Below, in pieces: positions 57,771 through 64,000 of a DNA stretch of 64,000 bases; within the stretch, counting starts at the first letter, position 1; every line of letters begins with the position of its first letter. The stretch lies in assembly GCA_964354375.1 (NCBI GenBank), contig CAYGZQ010000007.1, forward strand, positions 29,230-93,229. The letters run 5' to 3'. The position numbers and the translations under genes are program-made. The stretch is from an uncultured Planctomycetota bacterium (lineage in GTDB: Bacteria > JAJVIF01 > JAPKYR01). Below the pieces are notes generated by a model. It was given only the letters and a program-made list of their open reading frames with translations, was not told the origin of the DNA and did no database searches.

Positions 57771-60700
57771 CTAGCCGGGTTCATCCGTCATCACCTTTTC
57801 CCTGACGATCTCGCCCGACGGCTCCTGGCCTTCCCAGACCCCGGTGAGCTCGTGAATACGCGTCCTCACTTTCTGGTAAGTCTCGCTGTTGGGGCTGTAC
57901 AGTGACTGAGTCATCAGTTGACGGTAGTAGCTGATCGCCCGGACGTTGTCTCCCAGCTTCTCATAGATTCGACCCAGGAGAAAATACGCGTAATCGAACG
58001 GGGCCTGGTTGCGAACGTTGCCTTTCCTGTTGAACGTCTGGATATAGTTATCCCTCGCGAGCTCGTGGTATTTCGCCGAATCCTCCATGTTGCCCGATTC
58101 CTTCGAGATATCACCCAGCGATTCGTACACCTGCCCAAGCTCGTAATAGCCGTAATATACGTTCGAGGAAAGCTTGATGCAGTCCTTGAACGCCTGCTCC
58201 GCCGCCAGAAAATGGTCGATCCCGGCTTTGACTTCGTCCTTTCGGATACTCTCCGCGCCAAGCGCCTTGTGGGCTTTGCCAAGCCACAGGTAAAGCTGCC
58301 ATCTGATCTGTGGCTTCTCCTTCAGCCACGCGTCGACAACCAGCGCCCGCTCAGCCCAGAAAATGATCTCATCGTAACGGAATTCCTCCTCAAGAAGTCG
58401 AAGGAGGTCCTTGTAGTATTCCACTTTGACCGGGTAGTACTGTGCGGCAGTCATGTAGGCCTGGATCGCCCGCCCGCGGCTGGCGACGGCGTCCTCATCC
58501 AGCTTCTTCGCCTGCTCGGTCAGCTTGTCTATCTGGCTCTGAATGGCCGCACGCTCCTCGTCCGATTTCGCGTCCGCCAACTGGGTCCGGTAGTTCCCGG
58601 TTTCCGTTCGCATCCTTGCGGCAAGCTCGCCCGCCAGGCTTCTCCTTGCCTCGTAGCCCATCGCGAGGGCATAGTGCGTGTCGGACTGAGGATACAGAAG
58701 CTGCCCTTCCTCGAGATGCCTCGTCCCGAGGACCACATCCTGGTATGTGTTCTTCTTGATGAGCGAGAAGCCGTTGAAAAATTCCGCCCTGCCGTTGGTC
58801 GGATCGAGCTGGTATGCCTTCCAGAAGAAATCGGAAGCGACCTGTCCGATGTACTGCTTTCTCTCCGGAGAGGTGTCCGAATCGATGTTTCGGAGAGCCG
58901 CGATCCCCTTCACCACCAGGTACTGGCTCTTGAAATTGATAACCTGCGTGTACACCCCCCACAGGCTCAGCAGAAATGCAAGTGTGATGAGAGGTATCAC
59001 TACGAAGGGTCGGAACTTCGTCCGGACATTCATGTAGAGGGCGGGCTCATAAGACACTGCTTTTGCGGTCGGCGCCACGACAGGTCCCGACTGGTCCTTC
59101 TTTCTCTTCTTCTTCCTGAACGGCTCGGGCGCCTGCGCCGCGGCGGCAAGGGCCTCCGCTTGCTGCCTCTTCTGCTGCTTCCGCAGGGCTATGTCCGCGA
59201 TCAGGAAACCCATCGCGGTGAATATCAGTCCGCCCGCCTGGATCTGATGATACGGGAAACTGAATGAACCCGATGCAAGCGAGCTTGCGGTCGCTCCCAT
59301 GACGCCGAGAGCGAAGAACTTCCGTGCCGGATCCTTCTCCTCACTCAGAAAACGATACCCCATTACAAAGAACATTATGAAAACGAGGGCATAGAAGGTT
59401 GTGCCCACGATCCCTGCCTCGACAAGCATCTGCAAATGATCGTTGTGCGCGCGGAACGTCGGAATGACATTGTGGAACCAGTCATTGAAGTTGTATGTCT
59501 CGAGGACCTCGGTCTGGTACGGAAGGTACTCCACCTCAAAGAAGCCGAATCCGCCGCCGAAAATGAGCCGCTTGGGAAAGGTCGCAGGGTCGACCAGCAT
59601 CAGGTAGGACGCTCGCCACATGGTCAGCCGGTTTCGGAAGGTCTCGTCCTGGGTGAAGTCGGTCATGCTCTTGAGGCGCTCCCAGGGACTCTGGGCGAGC
59701 GGGTTGTCCACCCCTTTCTCACGCTCGTTGAAGATCACTCCCGCCAGTACGAGCACGATGGCGAGCCCAGCGACACCCGCTACAAACCCCAGCTTGGATA
59801 GTCTCCTCGATACCACAAGCGATTCCCAAAGGAGACCGAAGACGAGCGAAGCCAGTCCGACGCAGGCCAGGAGAATGGTGACAAACAAAGTGACCCTGGA
59901 TACGTTGGTGATGCTGGTTACAGTCGCTTCCGAAAGAAAGGTGACGAAACTCTCCGAGCGCAAGGCCAGAAGCAAACCCAACGCGACCGCAAGGATGACA
60001 AGTCCCGCGATTCGCGCCACGACGCCCACCTTGGACATCCGCCTAAGCGTAAGCTCCCGCCTTCTAACCCAGAACAGGCCGAATATCACAAACGCAAGGC
60101 CGACGAAAATCCCCAGCCAACCGGCTCGGTTGTAGACCGCGATCATCTCGAATGAGTTGATCGCCAGCGTGATCCCGAGGAACACTCTCAGATTCAGCGA
60201 GTCGGACGACAGAAGGAGGCCGAGCCCGATGAACAGCGTCAGCGCCAGGTATTCGCCGTAATAGTTCGGGTTGGCGAAAAATCCCGCGAGCAGGAAATAC
60301 CGTCCAGCCGACGGAGTCTTGTAAAACCAGGGATACGCCTGTCCTGCACTGACCTCGCCCTGGGGATAGAAGCCTCCGGAATGTCCGAAAACGTTATAGG
60401 GAATATCGAAATACTTCCAGAAACCCCACAGCGTGCACACGAGCGCCGTGACCATGACCGCGATGAGCACCGCGTCCCTGCGACGCTTGTCGGGGATGTA
60501 AGCCAGGGCCAGAAGGAAACATGCTGCGAAGGCTATCCACTGAATGACGTTCTTGATCGCGGCAAGACGGTACGGGAAGAGAATCAGGGTCAGGAGCATG
60601 TATGCAGTAAACAGCAGCAGGAAAAAGCCTACGGGATTCTTCGGCACACCGGTCGGCCGTCCGATGAAATACCTCACGACGAAGTAGCACAGGAACAGGC

Positions 60701-61202
60701 ACGCGATCGCGAACCCGAGCTCCTCCTTCGGCATCAGCATGTTCCGCTCAAGCTGGTTGTAACTCACCAGCGGTGCGAAAAACTGAAACTCGATCATCAG
60801 GTAGAACGGGAGCTGGTCGAAGAAGTCCCAACGATCGCGCTCGGTACGGATGAAATGTATGACAGCCCGACCGACGACGAGAATCAGCATGCATCCTATG
60901 CCGATGGTGAACTTGTTCAGGTAGAAACCCTGGGGGGGCACGTCCGGCCAGTGCCATTTGCCCGCATAGGTCCACCAGAGGACCGCCAGCACAACCGGGT
61001 AAAAAAACAAGCGCTCGACCAGCGACTCGAACGGCTCCAGCCGCCCGAAGATGAACGGGTCGAGGTCGATTCGCAGAAGGTAGGCGACTGAGAGTATCAG
61101 AACTACCAGCAGAAATGCGGTGCCGATATGCAGCCATTCAGGTCTGGCGATGAAATTCGCCACCAGCGGCTGTACCCCGATGTTTGTGAGAAACTCGTAC
61201 AC
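57771..61202 (-). CDS. Giant polytopic membrane protein with an O-antigen-ligase (Wzy_C)-like core and C-terminal TPR repeats.
   Basis: There are 20 or more TM helices. A Wzy_C-like periplasmic loop (…HNDHLQMLVEAGIVGTTFYALVF…) is followed by a roughly 450-aa soluble TPR region (…YYELGQVYESLGD…, …YFLLGRIYEKLGDNVRAISYY…). Confidence 0.7.
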   Translation of the reverse strand: MYEFLTNIGVQPLVANFIARPEWLHIGTAFLLVVLILSVAYLLRIDLDPFIFGRLEPFESLVERLFFYPVVLAVLWWTYAGKWHWPDVPPQGFYLNKFTIGIGCMLILVVGRAVIHFIRTERDRWDFFDQLPFYLMIEFQFFAPLVSYNQLERNMLMPKEELGFAIACLFLCYFVVRYFIGRPTGVPKNPVGFFLLLFTAYMLLTLILFPYRLAAIKNVIQWIAFAACFLLALAYIPDKRRRDAVLIAVMVTALVCTLWGFWKYFDIPYNVFGHSGGFYPQGEVSAGQAYPWFYKTPSAGRYFLLAGFFANPNYYGEYLALTLFIGLGLLLSSDSLNLRVFLGITLAINSFEMIAVYNRAGWLGIFVGLAFVIFGLFWVRRRELTLRRMSKVGVVARIAGLVILAVALGLLLALRSESFVTFLSEATVTSITNVSRVTLFVTILLACVGLASLVFGLLWESLVVSRRLSKLGFVAGVAGLAIVLVLAGVIFNEREKGVDNPLAQSPWERLKSMTDFTQDETFRNRLTMWRASYLMLVDPATFPKRLIFGGGFGFFEVEYLPYQTEVLETYNFNDWFHNVIPTFRAHNDHLQMLVEAGIVGTTFYALVFIMFFVMGYRFLSEEKDPARKFFALGVMGATASSLASGSFSFPYHQIQAGGLIFTAMGFLIADIALRKQQKRQQAEALAAAAQAPEPFRKKKRKKDQSGPVVAPTAKAVSYEPALYMNVRTKFRPFVVIPLITLAFLLSLWGVYTQVINFKSQYLVVKGIAALRNIDSDTSPERKQYIGQVASDFFWKAYQLDPTNGRAEFFNGFSLIKKNTYQDVVLGTRHLEEGQLLYPQSDTHYALAMGYEARRSLAGELAARMRTETGNYRTQLADAKSDEERAAIQSQIDKLTEQAKKLDEDAVASRGRAIQAYMTAAQYYPVKVEYYKDLLRLLEEEFRYDEIIFWAERALVVDAWLKEKPQIRWQLYLWLGKAHKALGAESIRKDEVKAGIDHFLAAEQAFKDCIKLSSNVYYGYYELGQVYESLGDISKESGNMEDSAKYHELARDNYIQTFNRKGNVRNQAPFDYAYFLLGRIYEKLGDNVRAISYYRQLMTQSLYSPNSETYQKVRTRIHELTGVWEGQEPSGEIVREKVMTDEPG

Positions 61203-61343
61203 TATGTTGCGCAGATAATAACCATTCGGACGCTTGACGCCCGCAGTTGCGGCCCACTAGTATATCCGCGTCGGCGTGCCGGCGCCAATGCAGGGCGATA
61301 AATATATCGACACCGGGACCGTGCCGGAGGGATACCGAATATC

Positions 61344-62267
61344 GTGGCTGTAAGAGTGAGATGTTTCGCCAAGCTCAACCTGTTCCTGAAAATCTACGGG
61401 AAACGTCCCGACGGCTTTCACGACGTCATCAGCCTCATGCAGTCCATCGACCTCGCCGACAAGCTCCTCCTCGAAGAGACCGGCGACGAGGGAATCGTGA
61501 TCTCCTGCACGAACCCGGACATTCCCGCCGATTCCCGTAACCTGGTCTGGCGAGCGGCCGAGATACTGGCCGAGGCCGCGGGCCGTCCGGTCGGCGGTCT
61601 GAGGATAACCATCGAAAAGAACATACCCGTCATGGGCGGACTCGGCGGAGGCAGCTCGGACGGCGCCGGCGCTCTCACCGGGCTCAGAAAGCTGTGGAAA
61701 CTGGATATCGAGGACGAGCAGCTTTTTGAGGCGGCCGCGAGACTGGGAAGCGACGTCCCGTTCTGCCTTCTCGGTGGAACCGCCCTCGTGAGCGGCAGGG
61801 GCGAGTTCCTCGAGCCGATGCCCGCCGGCATCGCCGACACACCTCGGAGCTTCGGCGCGTTCCTTCTCATCATCCCGCCCTTGCACGTCTCGACCAAAGC
61901 CGCGTACGAATTGCTCGACGACGATCGGGAGAGAGCGGTCAGAAAATGGGACGAGCCGAGGGAAGAGTACACTGCCTCAAGGGAAGGCTGGATGGCCGCG
62001 ATCGCCACGGGTAACCTTCCCCTCCTCTTCCACAACGATTTCGAGCAATCCCTCTTCCACGCAATGCCCGAGCTGGAGGCCATTCACACGAACCTGAGGA
62101 ATTTCGCGGGCCATGCGCTCCTGTCGGGCTCCGGTTCGTGTATCTTCGCATGGTACCCCATGGTCCTTGATGCGATGGCCGCAGTGGACAGGTACCCCGC
62201 GCTGGCAGGAGAAACCCCCCTCGTCGTCTTCCCCGCCAAAACCGGCATCCAGGTCGAGAGTGACTAA
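61344..62267 (+). CDS. ispE: 4-diphosphocytidyl-2-C-methyl-D-erythritol kinase.
   Basis: AKLNLFLKI, and the GHMP-kinase motif PVMGGLGGGSSDGAGAL. Confidence 0.85.
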   Translation: MAVRVRCFAKLNLFLKIYGKRPDGFHDVISLMQSIDLADKLLLEETGDEGIVISCTNPDIPADSRNLVWRAAEILAEAAGRPVGGLRITIEKNIPVMGGLGGGSSDGAGALTGLRKLWKLDIEDEQLFEAAARLGSDVPFCLLGGTALVSGRGEFLEPMPAGIADTPRSFGAFLLIIPPLHVSTKAAYELLDDDRERAVRKWDEPREEYTASREGWMAAIATGNLPLLFHNDFEQSLFHAMPELEAIHTNLRNFAGHALLSGSGSCIFAWYPMVLDAMAAVDRYPALAGETPLVVFPAKTGIQVESD

Positions 62268-62320
62268 GGAACGCGGGTCGCGCGCAGAGAAAGGCTCGGC
62301 GCTGACAGGTCTCGGCCGGG

Positions 62321-64000
62321 TCACCAGTAGCCATTGGGTGGATATTTGACGAGGAACGCACCGCTGGCAGAGTGAATATCGCTATCCGGGCCTGGGTCGA
62401 AGTCCACTGGTCCGGTATAATATCCTGCTACAAAGCCATTTCCCGCCTGGTCCGCAGCGACAGCGCGCCCGTCGTCTCCGTATTCATTTCCGAGAGTGCG
62501 CACCCATTGAAACAAACCATTAGAGTCGAACCTGGACACAAAAACGTCGGGCAGCAGCCATTCACCATAAGACGTACATTCATCCACTCCCGGACCTGGG
62601 TCGAAATCCGCAGTGCCAGCAAAGTAGCCCACAGCCCAAGCATTCCCATTACCATCGACACAGACATCCAGGCAATCTGCGCCGCCTGCAGAGGGGTCAG
62701 ACCCGCTCCAAGTATTGACCCACAGAAGTCCGCCTGATGAATCCAACTTGCTGAGAAACGCGCCTGAACCATTCGCAGTTCGTTCAATTACTCCACTCCC
62801 CGGATCAAAGTCCCTTGTGAAATCAAACCTGCCTCCAACAAAGATGCTTCCGTGGCTGTCGCAATCGAGTTTGGATGGAATTCCACTGCCAGTTGAGTTA
62901 TTCCCTCCCCACGCACCGGCCCAGAGGAAGTCTCCAGTTGAGCTGAACTTGGTGAGAAAGACGTTATCCCAATCATCGGCAGTGCGTTCCGCCTCTCCGG
63001 GACCAGGATCGAAGTCTGCGGTTCCTGAGAAACTGCCAGTAGCATACACGCACGCGGATGTTGGGGCCTCAACGTCATAACCAAAGACATTCTGCTGGCC
63101 CCCCCAGCTCAATGCCCACTGAAAGGCTCCGTTGCTGTCGAACTTGCTGAGACATGCATCGCCACCTGTCCCGTTTTCGTTTGAGTCGTGTATGTCCTCC
63201 CCTATGCCGGGATCAAAGTCCATACTGCCACCGAAAAAACCCAACACATAGAGGTCTCCCGAGGGATCAACGGCAACGCCTTGGCCAGATGCGCCGTCAA
63301 CGCCGCTGCCCCCCCAAGTGAGAGCCCACTCAAAACCCCCATTTTGGTCGAATTTGCTGAGAAACGCATCAAGAGACCCGGTCGCTGCATGTTCATCAAC
63401 TCCCGGTCCTGGATCGAAGTCTACAGTTCCTGCGAAGTAGCCTGTCACGTAGACGTTGCCGCCGAGGTCAACCGCCACGCAGTTGCTGTTATCCCAATCG
63501 GGGCCTCCCCAAGTCAAGGCCCACTGAAAAGACCCATTGGCATCAAACTGGCATAAGAACGCGTCACCTTTCCCATTTGAAATGTGCTCGTCGATCCCTG
63601 GGCCAGGATCGAAGTCGACAGTCCCCTCATAGCCCCCTGTCACCAATACATCTCCTGACTTGTTGACCGTTACCGAGTCGCACAGCGTATAGCCGGTGTC
63701 TCCCCAAGTCCTTGCCCACCCTGCCTTGGGGCCGACCTTCGCGATCCCAACCTGCCATGCTTGAACCTGGCCGAGGTTCGGGTCGGACTCAGTGTCGGCA
63801 ACTCTCACTAGGAGAGGATACTCGCCTGCCGAAGCGCCAAGGTCATTCGAAAGAGTCCCGGCAAACACGTAAGCTTCCTCACCCGCACCCGCAGAAAAAC
63901 TCAGCGGAAGCTCTCCGGAGAGGAGATCGGGAGCTTCGAGTGTCACCGATGAAATCGTTTCCTTTCCCTGATGATCGAAAACCTCGACTTCGACTTGCGC
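62321..64000 (-). CDS. SBBP beta-propeller-repeat protein. The N-terminus probably lies beyond the window edge.
   Basis: There are seven or more repeats of G(G/Y)xGTVDFDPGPG...G..DAFLSKFD..G..QWA.TWGG, which is the PF06739-like SBBP repeat. The reading frame stays open from the ATG at 63946 up to position 64000. Confidence 0.65.
   Translation of the reverse strand, partial: AQVEVEVFDHQGKETISSVTLEAPDLLSGELPLSFSAGAGEEAYVFAGTLSNDLGASAGEYPLLVRVADTESDPNLGQVQAWQVGIAKVGPKAGWARTWGDTGYTLCDSVTVNKSGDVLVTGGYEGTVDFDPGPGIDEHISNGKGDAFLCQFDANGSFQWALTWGGPDWDNSNCVAVDLGGNVYVTGYFAGTVDFDPGPGVDEHAATGSLDAFLSKFDQNGGFEWALTWGGSGVDGASGQGVAVDPSGDLYVLGFFGGSMDFDPGIGEDIHDSNENGTGGDACLSKFDSNGAFQWALSWGGQQNVFGYDVEAPTSACVYATGSFSGTADFDPGPGEAERTADDWDNVFLTKFSSTGDFLWAGAWGGNNSTGSGIPSKLDCDSHGSIFVGGRFDFTRDFDPGSGVIERTANGSGAFLSKLDSSGGLLWVNTWSGSDPSAGGADCLDVCVDGNGNAWAVGYFAGTADFDPGPGVDECTSYGEWLLPDVFVSRFDSNGLFQWVRTLGNEYGDDGRAVAADQAGNGFVAGYYTGPVDFDPGPDSDIHSASGAFLVKYPPNGYW

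Overview
This 64 kb segment is GC-rich bacterial chromosomal DNA. The many lipoprotein signal peptides with lipoboxes, the archaeal-type LeuC, NadX and the saccharopine-pathway genes suggest a Gram-negative, probably uncultivated lineage. Coding density is about 90%. I recognise three kinds of content. (1) Housekeeping and cofactor genes. A partial ahcY carries an in-frame TAG. A long minus-strand operon runs folK-panB-panC-panD-nadA-nadX-nadC-coaX-dus. Elsewhere are folE, ispE, aroQ, a LeuC-like aconitase, a LYS1/LYS9-type saccharopine dehydrogenase pair, tRNA-Met and tRNA-Gln. (2) Envelope and glycosylation genes: two GT2 transferases, a PMT/ArnT-like GT-C protein, a giant O-antigen-ligase+TPR membrane protein, a LolA-like protein and two subtilases. 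(3) A five-member family of giant lipoproteins (about 770-1150 aa), arranged as two tandem pairs plus a singleton. All five share a roughly 350-400 aa N-terminal module that I cannot assign to any characterised domain. Their C-termini are shuffled adhesin-like domains (MAM-like, PKD, beta-helix, IPT/TIG, PQQ-like propeller). The family is flanked by a STAS protein, subtilases and a PknK-like Ser/Thr-kinase-AAA-TPR protein. This family is the best candidate for an undescribed system. Other notable items: an AT-richer three-gene minus-strand block encoding an OLD-family (ABC-ATPase+TOPRIM-like) nuclease behind two zinc-ribbon proteins, which is a candidate defense module; a GspE-like ATPase with degenerate Walker A beside a C39-peptidase/PG-binding protein; a perfectly duplicated 200-bp tandem repeat; and several long perfect hairpins. 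I saw no CRISPR array, integrase or transposase.
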